From the NCBI GenBank assembly GCA_039809265.1, contig JBDHUR010000002.1:15461-79460 (forward strand): a stretch of DNA of 64,000 nt. The letters are read 5' to 3'. A program made the position numbers and the translations under genes. Positions 29,873 to 40,679 of the stretch are shown one piece after another. Below the pieces are notes generated by a model. It ran no database searches. It was given only the letters and a program-made list of their open reading frames with translations, and was not told where the DNA came from. The DNA is from Minisyncoccia bacterium. GTDB taxonomy: Bacteria; Patescibacteriota; Minisyncoccia; Phycocordibacterales; UBA9973. Positions within the stretch are counted from its first letter, which is position 1. Each line of letters begins with the position of its first letter.

Positions 29873-29982
29873 ATGGTAATTACTATGAGGTTCTGGGGGA
29901 TGGCGGTAGCGGATCAATGGTTCTTGGTCCCGATCCCAATGGAAATTATGCTTATTGTGTAGACTTTTTGAACTTGTTTTAG
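29872..29982 (+). pseudogene. Start-less C-terminal gene remnant resembling the tail of the 23690-24158 protein
   Basis: Reads NGNYYEVLGDGGSGSMVLGPDPNGNYAYCVDFLNLF*. Confidence 0.4.
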
Positions 29983-30044
29983 TCTTGACATCTACCACAG
30001 CAGGTATACACTTGTATACAAATCAAATTCAAACTTAATAATTT

Positions 30045-30593
30045 ATGGATGCACACCCAACCGGTACGCTGACCAAGCTCACAGTCAAGCGCCTAAAATT
30101 CCCAGAGCAAATCACAAAAAATATCAATCCGAAACAGATTGATGAAGACTACTTCAAGCAAGTTAATGAAAGCCTGAAACAGCTTATGGACGAAGATCCT
30201 CACCCTGTGTACTTGACAAAAGACCTTCCGCAAAACGCAGAAGAGCTTTTGTACAAGATGAGCAGAACAGAGCGTGCGCATATAGTCGGCAGCGACTTTG
30301 CTGTGGATGACGCAGTAGACATGTTGGCAGGCAGGCACCTCAACATTGCTGACCCGCTCACGTTCGGTGCATTGCTTAAGCTGTGTGCTATACCGCAAGT
30401 GTCACTGGATAGTTTCCATTGCTTACTGCCGCCATTTGCTCTAAATAAAGGCGACAAGCTACAAACTAAATTACTTTTTCCCACAAAGGTAAGCAGAATA
30501 GGAGACCAGTATACTTACAAGCCTCAGTACAGAGACTTTAGCAAGCCGATTTGGCTCAGTTTTGTAGAAACTTTTGTTGTGGTTGATGATTAG
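30045..30593 (+). CDS. Hypothetical protein
   Basis: 182-aa ORF with own promoter (TTGACA 29985-16-TACACT) and downstream hairpin. Confidence 0.65.
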   Translation: MDAHPTGTLTKLTVKRLKFPEQITKNINPKQIDEDYFKQVNESLKQLMDEDPHPVYLTKDLPQNAEELLYKMSRTERAHIVGSDFAVDDAVDMLAGRHLNIADPLTFGALLKLCAIPQVSLDSFHCLLPPFALNKGDKLQTKLLFPTKVSRIGDQYTYKPQYRDFSKPIWLSFVETFVVVDD

Positions 30594-30648
30594 AGAATTG
30601 TTTATTCCGGTTTTATCATATCCCTCCGCCTAAAAACGGAGGGTTTTT

Positions 30649-31347
30649 CTATAACCCCAAAGATTTCAAAAACTCCGCAAGCTCCTTGCCTTTTATTTCT
30701 CGCCAAGAACTTTCGGGAAGTGAGCTAAGTTTTATATTCATCACGCGGATACGTTTCAAGTCTGTCACAGTTTTCCCAAAGACTTGACACATCTTTCGTA
30801 TTTGCCTGTTTTTGCCCTCAGTTAGTGTAATATAAAAAGTGTTGCTATTTTTCCGGCGAGTTATGGCTTTCTTTGTAGTGTAATCTTCTAATTCTACGCC
30901 TCGGGAGAGCTTGTCTAGGAATGCATCATTGAAGTCTGTATCTGTTTCCACCACGTATTCTTTCTCGTGTAGTTTGCTTGGATTTAGAAGTCTGTCTGTG
31001 ATCCTGCCGTCATTTGTCATGATTATAAGTCCATGCGAGTCTTTATCCAAGCGCCCAACGGGGAAGACTTTTGTTGGAAATCTAGTTTTTCCCACAATAT
31101 CAGTCTCGCCCTTCTGTGGCATAGTTGTTATGATGCCAGCCGGCTTGTTGTATGCATAATATACAAGAGCTTTAGTCTGTATGTTGCCTCTGATTTCTAT
31201 TTTGTCGCCAGCGTTCACTTTTGTCCCTAGAGAGGCTTTTTTGCCGTTTATAAGCACTTTGCCTGCGGATACCAAGTTATCCGCGCCACGGCGCGTGCTA
31301 AGGCCTTTTTGAGCCAAATATGCGTTTATACGAATAGGGAAGTCCAT
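30649..31347 (-). CDS. rRNA pseudouridine synthase (RsuA/RluB/RluF family)
   Basis: S4 domain, YNKPAG, GRLDKDS, EGKNRQIR. Confidence 0.92.
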   Translation of the reverse strand: MDFPIRINAYLAQKGLSTRRGADNLVSAGKVLINGKKASLGTKVNAGDKIEIRGNIQTKALVYYAYNKPAGIITTMPQKGETDIVGKTRFPTKVFPVGRLDKDSHGLIIMTNDGRITDRLLNPSKLHEKEYVVETDTDFNDAFLDKLSRGVELEDYTTKKAITRRKNSNTFYITLTEGKNRQIRKMCQVFGKTVTDLKRIRVMNIKLSSLPESSWREIKGKELAEFLKSLGL

Positions 31348-31351
31348 ATAC

Positions 31352-32512
31352 TTAAAGCGTGTCTTTTATCCGTGCGCCAGCTGAAAATCCAGCCAGGGCG
31401 ACTATGGAAAGCACGACAAATAGCAAGTTTATAGGAATGACAAACAGAAGTAAAGTAGCTACCAGCGGCGCGACAACATACGCCATTGGCGCTGCGTTTC
31501 TGAAGAAGCCTATCAGGTCGGAGTCGTCCGGTTTTACTTGTTTGAAGAAATAAGTCTCAGACATGACTTCTATCATGCTTGCGCCAATACGGGTGATGAA
31601 AAGTATTGTTCCCCAGACCAATACAGAGTTTGATTGTATTGTAGACATGACGTATGTTGCTGCTCCCATTATGGCAAACCCTGCGAGTAAAAGTTCTTTC
31701 TCTCCAAACTTTCTGTCTGCTACTTTGCCAAGCGGGTACTGGATGATGACAAATGGCAAAAGCATAATGGTAAAGATGATGCCAATATCCCCCCAGCCTA
31801 TGCCCATGTTTTGGTGCAAGTATATGGGTGTGTATATAACCATCCAAACATAGAAGAATTGAAGCGCGAAATTCGCAATCCATATTCTGCCTATGTCGCG
31901 CTTTTTATATGTTTCCGTTAGAACTTTTTTAACGGAGAAAATTTTGTATTTAGGGTCTTTGAAATGTCTAGTAACAAGTATCAGCAAGAAAAATACAGGA
32001 AGCATTGCTACAAGCCCTATGATGTAAAGCATGCTGTACCCGCTTGCTGCCAATATCGCTCCTGCGACAAGCGGAGACATGACCCAAGCAAGGTTGGTTA
32101 TAGTAAGGTACGTGCCGCGAATTCCACCGACATCTTTCTGGTCTGTTTCTGTTTGCAGGAAAATGTCTAGCAGGTAGATGATAGCAGAGTTGGATACAAG
32201 GTAAAGCACAAATGCTAGTACTATAACAGAAGGTATGTCAGAGACTATAAGCCAGTATATGGAAAGTATATGAACACAAGCCATACCTATGGAGGCAATG
32301 CCGGCGCCGACTTCTTTCAAAATTTTTGGCATGTAGAAAACTGTTGCTATGCCAAAGACTGCAGCTATAGTATACAGTATACCTGTTTGCGTCTGTCCGA
32401 CAATCCTTTCCATAAAAGAAGAGTTTATGTACGCGGTTATAGCCAAGTGTATTGAAAAGAAAAATGAAATACCATACAAGATATGCCGCAAGCGCCTAGC
32501 TGTTTTATTCAT
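31352..32512 (-). CDS. MFS transporter
   Basis: ~12 TM, GKVADRKFGEK. Confidence 0.85.
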   Translation of the reverse strand: MNKTARRLRHILYGISFFFSIHLAITAYINSSFMERIVGQTQTGILYTIAAVFGIATVFYMPKILKEVGAGIASIGMACVHILSIYWLIVSDIPSVIVLAFVLYLVSNSAIIYLLDIFLQTETDQKDVGGIRGTYLTITNLAWVMSPLVAGAILAASGYSMLYIIGLVAMLPVFFLLILVTRHFKDPKYKIFSVKKVLTETYKKRDIGRIWIANFALQFFYVWMVIYTPIYLHQNMGIGWGDIGIIFTIMLLPFVIIQYPLGKVADRKFGEKELLLAGFAIMGAATYVMSTIQSNSVLVWGTILFITRIGASMIEVMSETYFFKQVKPDDSDLIGFFRNAAPMAYVVAPLVATLLLFVIPINLLFVVLSIVALAGFSAGARIKDTL

Positions 32513-32558
32513 TTCTTCATTATATACAAAAATCTTCTCATGGGCTGTGAATTATGAT

Positions 32559-32586
32559 CAAAAATCCGCCATCGGCGGATTTTTGA
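32559..32586 (-). terminator. Intrinsic terminator after rnj
   Basis: caaaaatccgcc-atc-ggcggatttttg. Confidence 0.7.
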
Positions 32587-32587
32587 T

Positions 32588-34585
32588 CTAGACACTGAGT
32601 AGTACTGGTATAACCAGTGGACTTTTTGCAGTTTTTTGGAAAAGGAATCTTTCCACTTGTTCAGCGATTGCAATCTTTAGGTTGTCAAAGTTTGCAGGGT
32701 TCACGCTGTACTTTCCATCTTCCACAATCTTTTTGATAATCATGCGAGTTTGCCGCAGAAGTTCTTGGTTTTCTTTCAAGTATACAAAACCTCTGGAAAC
32801 AAGATCTGGAGATTTGCGTAGTTTGCCTGTCTTCGCGTCAATGGTTGCTATGATCACAAACATGCCGTCTTGAGCAAGCATTTGTCTGTCGCGGATCACT
32901 ACGTTTTGCTCGTCGCCAATGGACGCTCCGTCCACTATCATCGGCGCAGATGGTGCCTTTTCTTTGCGTACAGAGATTTTTGTGCCGGCATCGGTGATTT
33001 CAATAATACTTCCGTTGTCTGGCACGACAATATTTTCTTCCGGTACACCAGTTTCCATTGCAAGCTGTTTGTGGAGCTGTAGGTGATAGTGATGTCCGTG
33101 TATAGGTATAAAGAAGCGCTCTTTCATTTTTCTATGTAGCCATCGTATGTCTTCCTTGTTTCCGTGGCCTGTGGCATGCACATAGTCTTCTCCTGCTGTT
33201 CTATAAGAAATTATTTTTACACCCTGCCGTGCTATTCCGTCCTTGAGGCGCTGGACAGCACGTTCATTGCCTGGAACTATTGAGGCAGACAAAATAATAG
33301 TGTCTCCTTTTTGCAGTTTGAATTTCGCATGAGTTTTGTTTGCGGCTCGATTTAATGCCGCAAACTCTTCTCCTTGTGCGCCGGTCATAAGTACGATGAG
33401 TTTGTTTGGTGGATATTGATCCATTTCGTCTACAGAAATGATAGTACCTTTCTTTGGGGCAATAAGTCCTGCTTGGATGACTATGTCTATGTTGTTTTTC
33501 ATAGAACGCCCTTCCAGCACTACTTTTTTACCAAGTGCTTCGGCCACATTTATGATTTTTATAAGTCTAGAGATATGCGAAGCAAAAGCTGCGATTATGA
33601 TGCGGCCATTTTTGTTTTCGGTTATCAGTCTTTCTAGTCCATGGTGTACTTTTATTTCAGGAAGGGCAAAACCCTCATTTTCTATGTTTGTAGAGTCTGT
33701 CATTAGAAGCAATACCTTGGCTGTATCAAATATCTTGTATTCTTTTTCTTCAGAATCTGTCGGTACGCCGTCTATCTGGTCCAGCTTGTAGTCTCCGGGG
33801 TTCACTATCCATCCGTAAGGAGTTTCAATTATGACACCCATAGAGTCTGGTATGGTATGAGTTACTCCCCAGAATCGTACACGAACATTACCCAAAGTTA
33901 TAACTTGATCTTTCTCCACGATGTGTGCATTCAGGGCAGGGAGCTGAGGGAATTCCGTTTGGCGCTTCTTCATCATAAGCACTGTTAGGTTGCGGGAATA
34001 CACAGGCGGATTGCCTATGCGTGAGAGCACAAGCGGCACGCCGCCGATGTGGTCTAGGTGTCCGTGAGTTATTATCAACGCACGGATTTTATCTTTACGT
34101 TCCTCCAGATAGCGAGTGTTTGGGATGGAGTAGTCTACTCCTGGAGTCTCTTCGGTTGCGAAGTGCATACCCGCGTCTACAACTATTATGTCGTCTCCGA
34201 TTTCTATTGCAGTCATATTCTTGCCGATTTCCTCTACTCCTCCAAGCGGTATGATGCGGATATTACCTGCTTCTACAGGAGGTATGTTCAAAGTTGATTC
34301 TTTGCTTTTAGTGTGTATAAATTCTGTCTGTTTGGAGCGTTCTGGCCGACGGCGAGACATACTGCGCCTTGGTCCGCCTCCGACACTACTCCTTTTCATC
34401 GGTGTAGCCCCCGCAGGACGAGTGCCAACTTGCGAGGAAGGGCGCCGTACATTTCTGTGAAATGTACGGCGCGGACCCTGCGCTGATTGCGCAGTTCCTT
34501 GCTGTGTCTGAGAATTGTTTCCGTTATCTGTTTTTGTTGGAGTTTTGATAGCGCTCCAAAACGCTTTTCTGTTGTTTTTATTCAT
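32588..34585 (-). CDS. rnj: Ribonuclease J
   Basis: PLGGVEEIGKNM, HGHLDHIG, HTIPDS, HATGHG; Arg-rich N-terminal extension. Confidence 0.96.
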   Translation of the reverse strand: MNKNNRKAFWSAIKTPTKTDNGNNSQTQQGTAQSAQGPRRTFHRNVRRPSSQVGTRPAGATPMKRSSVGGGPRRSMSRRRPERSKQTEFIHTKSKESTLNIPPVEAGNIRIIPLGGVEEIGKNMTAIEIGDDIIVVDAGMHFATEETPGVDYSIPNTRYLEERKDKIRALIITHGHLDHIGGVPLVLSRIGNPPVYSRNLTVLMMKKRQTEFPQLPALNAHIVEKDQVITLGNVRVRFWGVTHTIPDSMGVIIETPYGWIVNPGDYKLDQIDGVPTDSEEKEYKIFDTAKVLLLMTDSTNIENEGFALPEIKVHHGLERLITENKNGRIIIAAFASHISRLIKIINVAEALGKKVVLEGRSMKNNIDIVIQAGLIAPKKGTIISVDEMDQYPPNKLIVLMTGAQGEEFAALNRAANKTHAKFKLQKGDTIILSASIVPGNERAVQRLKDGIARQGVKIISYRTAGEDYVHATGHGNKEDIRWLHRKMKERFFIPIHGHHYHLQLHKQLAMETGVPEENIVVPDNGSIIEITDAGTKISVRKEKAPSAPMIVDGASIGDEQNVVIRDRQMLAQDGMFVIIATIDAKTGKLRKSPDLVSRGFVYLKENQELLRQTRMIIKKIVEDGKYSVNPANFDNLKIAIAEQVERFLFQKTAKSPLVIPVLLSV

Positions 34586-34616
34586 GTTTATAATACTTGT
34601 AATAATTTTTGCCTAC

Positions 34617-36365
34617 TTACTGTTTCGGCGCGAAGATTTTCCATACTTTGTCGGTATCGACATACCAATCTGCGATAGATAGGAATCTCTCATTTGGAGC
34701 AACTATACTATCAAAATGAAAACCTGATAAATTTTTTTTAACTATGTAAATAAAGTGAGGAGAGTAAACAAAGATCGCGGGCATGTCTTTTTTTATTTCA
34801 CCTTCTATTTGTTTATAATAATCGTTCCTGATTTCTGTATTGTTTTCTGTTAAAGATTTATTCAGCAAGTCGTCTACTTTGGTGTTTGCATACTGAGCTA
34901 CATTTAATCCAGGGTCATTTCTTTGAGATGAATGCCAGAAGGCAAACAAATCCGAACCCTTGTTCACCACCTGTCCAAAGAAAAGGGCATCGTAAGACCT
35001 CGGGCGTATAACATTTTGGTTTAGGTTTCCTGTTTCAAAAACTTTTAGCTCAACTTCTGCACCTATGGACTGCAAGTCTTTTTGGATCATTTCGGCTGCG
35101 GTACGAAGTTCTGGTGCATCTCCGGTAGAGATAGCAAATGAAAGTCTAGTGGTTTCTTGGCTCTTAGATGATTTTTTTATCAAAATGCCGTTCTCATCTT
35201 TTGCCCAGCCGGCTTTTGTTAGCATTTCTTCTGCCGCTTGCTTGTCTCCATGCGGCCTCTCTATTGCGCCATCTTCGGCAAGTATATTTCGTTGTATCGG
35301 TGAATCTATGGCCTCCCCATATCCACCAAGTATCGTATCTACTATGGCTTGCTTGTCTATAGCAAGCTCAAGCGCTTGCACTACAGTCTTGTCTGTGAAG
35401 ATTGGCGCTTGGCTCTGGTTGAAAAACAATCCAAATATGCGGGACAGCGGTATCTCCTCAATTCGCATATTTTTTGAGGAAAGATTTTTGGCTTCCGATG
35501 GAGAAATGGCTGACATTTGGTCTATGCCTCCTTTTTTATAAGCGTTGAGCATTTCGCTTTCGCTGGCATAAAAAGAAAACTCTAGGTCTTTTATATAAGG
35601 TTCACCGCCAACATATTTTGAAAAAGCTTCGAGTTCATATGAGTATGGTATGCTGCTTGATTTTTTGTTTTTCACTCCTGTTATCTTGTATGGCCCACTA
35701 CCAATGCTTGCAGTGTTTAAATTACTCAAAGAAAATTCTTTATCAGGTATGTTTTTCCATGAATTAAATGAGAGAATACCAACAGTGGTATTCTCTATAA
35801 ATCCGGAATACGGCTGCTTTAGCGAAAAGGAAATCTTTTTAGAGTCTATCTCTGTTACTGTTACACCGTCCCAGCTGGATTTTTTCGGGCTTTTGATTAC
35901 GGGGTTTTGTATTTGTTTTATTGTATATGCTATATCCTTTGCTTCCACAGGTGATCCGTCTTGGAAAAACGCGTCATCCCTTATTGTAAAAGTATAAGTA
36001 AGTCCATCTGGAGATACCTCATATGTACTTGCAAGATCCGGCACAATGTTTCCGTCCGCCGTCTTCTTCATTAGTCCAGAATATACAATGGAAGTTATAT
36101 CTTTCTCTACGTCAGTGACGGCCAGCACCGGGTTTATAAATCTTGGTGTACCGACAACACCTTCCTTTATTGATCCGCCTTTCAGAGGTACTTCAACAAG
36201 TAGCTTGTTGTTAACCATATTAAGAAGCAATAGCGCAGATATTGTTAGAGCTCCAAGTAACACCAAAAAAGCATACCATTGTTTAGAAGAGAAGGAGTGG
36301 ATGGCCTTTGAAAAAGCTTCTTTGGAGAAAATTCTCCGAAACGGAGAAGAAGTATTTGTATACAT
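34617..36365 (-). CDS. Peptide ABC transporter substrate-binding protein (family 5), TM-anchored
   Basis: INPVL, PDLAS.YEVSPDGLTYTFTIR, GSGPYK, FWHSSQ..PGLN. Confidence 0.88.
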   Translation of the reverse strand: MYTNTSSPFRRIFSKEAFSKAIHSFSSKQWYAFLVLLGALTISALLLLNMVNNKLLVEVPLKGGSIKEGVVGTPRFINPVLAVTDVEKDITSIVYSGLMKKTADGNIVPDLASTYEVSPDGLTYTFTIRDDAFFQDGSPVEAKDIAYTIKQIQNPVIKSPKKSSWDGVTVTEIDSKKISFSLKQPYSGFIENTTVGILSFNSWKNIPDKEFSLSNLNTASIGSGPYKITGVKNKKSSSIPYSYELEAFSKYVGGEPYIKDLEFSFYASESEMLNAYKKGGIDQMSAISPSEAKNLSSKNMRIEEIPLSRIFGLFFNQSQAPIFTDKTVVQALELAIDKQAIVDTILGGYGEAIDSPIQRNILAEDGAIERPHGDKQAAEEMLTKAGWAKDENGILIKKSSKSQETTRLSFAISTGDAPELRTAAEMIQKDLQSIGAEVELKVFETGNLNQNVIRPRSYDALFFGQVVNKGSDLFAFWHSSQRNDPGLNVAQYANTKVDDLLNKSLTENNTEIRNDYYKQIEGEIKKDMPAIFVYSPHFIYIVKKNLSGFHFDSIVAPNERFLSIADWYVDTDKVWKIFAPKQ

Positions 36366-36396
36366 AATATGTTTTTAGTTTGGAAAAACTATTTGC

Positions 36397-36627
36397 TTAC
36401 TGAAGAAGCAGACCTATGATTGTGGAGGCCACAAACAAAACAGCAATGAAAATAGTTGCTCGAAATGTGAATTTTTCAAAACCGCGTCTTGTATGATACA
36501 CACCGCTATCGCCGCCACCAAAAGTTGCACCAATACCAGCGCTTGATAATTGCATAAGTACGCCAACGACAAGTAACACAGCAAGAACTATTTGTATCCA
36601 TGGCAATATTTGAGTGAGTGCTTCCAT
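36397..36627 (-). CDS. secG: Preprotein translocase subunit SecG
   Basis: Two TM, VLMQ..AGIGATFGG, TRRGFEK. Confidence 0.9.
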   Translation of the reverse strand: MEALTQILPWIQIVLAVLLVVGVLMQLSSAGIGATFGGGDSGVYHTRRGFEKFTFRATIFIAVLFVASTIIGLLLQ

Positions 36628-36786
36628 GCGCCTATTATGCCAGAAAGAGTTTTAAAAAGCAAGTAGGTTGTCAAACCAAGAGAAATCCACAGTTTTTGTG
36701 TTGTGTGCCGGCGACAGCCATGGGATAATTCTATCTGAGTAATTTGAGTGCTAAAATCATTATTAGTTTTATTTGTATTTTAATTT

Positions 36787-37515
36787 ATGGAGAATAACAA
36801 AACAATTGTTGCATTTTTAGTTCTTGTTCTTGTCGTGCTTGCTGGTGTTGGTATAGGTAGATACGTACGAAACAATGCTTCCGAACAAAGTGCCGCTTCT
36901 TTAAGAAGTCAAAGTTCCGCTCGAGATTTACAAAACACACCAAACTCTGGTGGTGCTCAAAATTCTAATTTAACTAATTCTCGTTTATCTGTATCAAATC
37001 CATCCAATCCAAACCAAATAAGAGCTGCTTGTAATGTTATAGCAAGTGTAACTCCTCCATCCATACAGCCAGCTGGTTCTCTTGTTGTTTCTCTTATGCC
37101 AATAAATAAAGTAACTATAAATAATACTTGCGTAGATGATGTTTCTGTAGATTTTGTTGCTTTGACTTTGACACCGATTGGACCTGATCCTTATCGTTTT
37201 AGAATAGACAACTCTATGTTCTCTGATGGTGTTGTGAGTGTGCCACAAAATTCACCTATTAACAATAACACAGTGCCAGGTCCAGTATCTACAGATTTTA
37301 TTAGATATTATTCTCCATCTGCTTCTAGTATGGCTCCTATCATCATTCCTGCTAATAGTACAAAAGATTTTACTATCTACGGTTATGTTGAAGGTATGCC
37401 TATTCCTCCTGATTTGCAAATAACTCAAATTTCAAACTTACAAATCACTATACCTTCTCAAGGTAATGCACCAGCAAGTGTAACATTGCCTGGAGGTTAT
37501 AGTATTCCAGCTTAG
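36787..37515 (+). CDS. Membrane-anchored orphan surface protein, QxAAS-motif family
   Basis: TM, then QSAASLRS; Asn/Ser linker; Ig-like beta domain with Cys pair. Confidence 0.75.
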   Translation: MENNKTIVAFLVLVLVVLAGVGIGRYVRNNASEQSAASLRSQSSARDLQNTPNSGGAQNSNLTNSRLSVSNPSNPNQIRAACNVIASVTPPSIQPAGSLVVSLMPINKVTINNTCVDDVSVDFVALTLTPIGPDPYRFRIDNSMFSDGVVSVPQNSPINNNTVPGPVSTDFIRYYSPSASSMAPIIIPANSTKDFTIYGYVEGMPIPPDLQITQISNLQITIPSQGNAPASVTLPGGYSIPA

Positions 37516-37524
37516 TATTTCAAA

Positions 37525-37560
37525 CAACATAAAAACTCCCGTAAGGGAGTTTTTATGTTG
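37525..37560. terminator. Intrinsic terminator
   Basis: caacataaaaactccc-gtaa-gggagtttttatgttg. Confidence 0.8.
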
Positions 37561-37591
37561 TAAAGAAAAAATGAGCTGATACAATAAATAT

Positions 37592-38620
37592 ATGCGAAAT
37601 CATTGGTCGGTTTTTATAATCATTGCAATAATTCTATTTAGTCTTGTTGTGTTGCGATTTATAATCAGGAATCCAGGTTCACTTCAGCCTGCTTCTTCTA
37701 TCGAATCAAATATTTCTAGTTTATCTACCCTTTATCTTTTAGGGGGAGGTGAAAGACCAGAAAATAATACTTTAGTTTCTACTATTAATGGGATAGATTG
37801 GAGAGTTATTTCATCATCACTTCCTTTTAGTCCACGCACAAACCAGACTTTCTTGCCATGGAAAAATGGTTTTATAGTTTTTGGAGGGTATGGATACAAT
37901 AACGGATCTTTTAACTTTGGCGATGTTTGGTATTCTAAAGATGGTTTAAACTGGAGTCAGATACTAGATAGAGCTCCTTGGGAAGCACGCTCTGGCAATG
38001 CCGGGCTGTTGTATAAAGACACTCTGTATCTGATTGGTGGCGAAACTTACAATGCTTCTGGTAGTAATTTTTACAACGATGTCTGGAAAAGCACAGATGG
38101 GGTTCATTGGGTTAGAGAAAAAAATGCTCCATGGTTGCCTCGTTCTGTCGGTAAGGCTGTCGTCTTCAAAAATAAAATTTGGATTATCGGCGGCGGCTCG
38201 TATTCTTTGGGTGCAGATGGAACATATACGTTTAACACTTACAAAGATGTCTGGAGTTTTGACGGCACGAGCTGGAAAAAGGAACTGGACCAAGCTCCGT
38301 GGGATGCTTTGGGTCCGCAGTCAGCGTTGGTGTACGGAGAGAATTTGTACGTGATTGCAGACGATGGTTTAAATTCAAATGTCAGCGTTTGGTCTACGAA
38401 AGACGGAGTGAACTGGGTGGAAGCTTCATCTCCTCCAAACTTTCCGCAGTACAATTTTACTTCATTTGTATGGGCGGGGAAGATGTGGCTTGCTGGCGGC
38501 ACCAGAGACGAAGAGGAATACAATGGCCTTTGGGGCTCAACAAATGGTATAGATTGGCAGGATAGCCGGATAGCTATTCCGGCCTTTGCCGGAGAGGGAC
38601 ACGGTGCTGTGGTCAGGTAA
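37592..38620 (+). CDS. Membrane-anchored Kelch-like beta-propeller, QxAAS-motif family
   Basis: TM, then QPASSIES; repeats LYLIGG...NDVWKSTDGVHW...APW.PR. Confidence 0.82.
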   Translation: MRNHWSVFIIIAIILFSLVVLRFIIRNPGSLQPASSIESNISSLSTLYLLGGGERPENNTLVSTINGIDWRVISSSLPFSPRTNQTFLPWKNGFIVFGGYGYNNGSFNFGDVWYSKDGLNWSQILDRAPWEARSGNAGLLYKDTLYLIGGETYNASGSNFYNDVWKSTDGVHWVREKNAPWLPRSVGKAVVFKNKIWIIGGGSYSLGADGTYTFNTYKDVWSFDGTSWKKELDQAPWDALGPQSALVYGENLYVIADDGLNSNVSVWSTKDGVNWVEASSPPNFPQYNFTSFVWAGKMWLAGGTRDEEEYNGLWGSTNGIDWQDSRIAIPAFAGEGHGAVVR

Positions 38621-38633
38621 GGACGGAAAATGC

Positions 38634-38661
38634 TTGACTTTGAAATTCATTCATATATAAT
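38634..38661 (+). promoter_or_regulatory. rRNA promoter
   Basis: TTGACT-16-TATAAT ~240 nt upstream of 16S. Confidence 0.7.
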
Positions 38662-38900
38662 AGGGGAGCGTCTAGGAATAGGCGCTTTCATTTGCTCTGA
38701 ATACCCTTGATTTTCAAGATTATTTAGGCAATTCTTTGATAAATAAAAAGAGTACAAGCACTGTCGGTTTAAGACGCCGGCAGTACACAGAATCACAAGC
38801 CCGCCATTTTGGCAGGGCAAGCAAGTCCAGTAATAAAAAAGAGCACCGAAACTATTTTTTCTTTTGTTTCGTTTTACAAATCACGAATTTAATTCTGATT

Positions 38901-40446
<1,546 letters not shown>

Positions 40447-40625
40447 TGAAACTTGTTGTTCGCTTTGCGAACGACTTATCGAGTCGGTCCAGTGCATAGC
40501 ATTGGTTGCTCTGGTTGAAGGCTAATTCAACCCCTTGTCCGGCAGGTTAGCCGGACAGAAATCCATTGTGTATCTCTATAGAATACATTATGGTGTAGAA
40601 CGGAACAAAAGAAAGAATAGTTAAC

Positions 40626-40656
40626 AAAACCCACACATTAAATGTGTGGGTTTTGT
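40626..40656. terminator. Bidirectional terminator after 16S
   Basis: caaaacccacacatt-a-aatgtgtgggttttg. Confidence 0.8.
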
Positions 40657-40679
40657 ATTGCATATTTTATATTTTTAGA

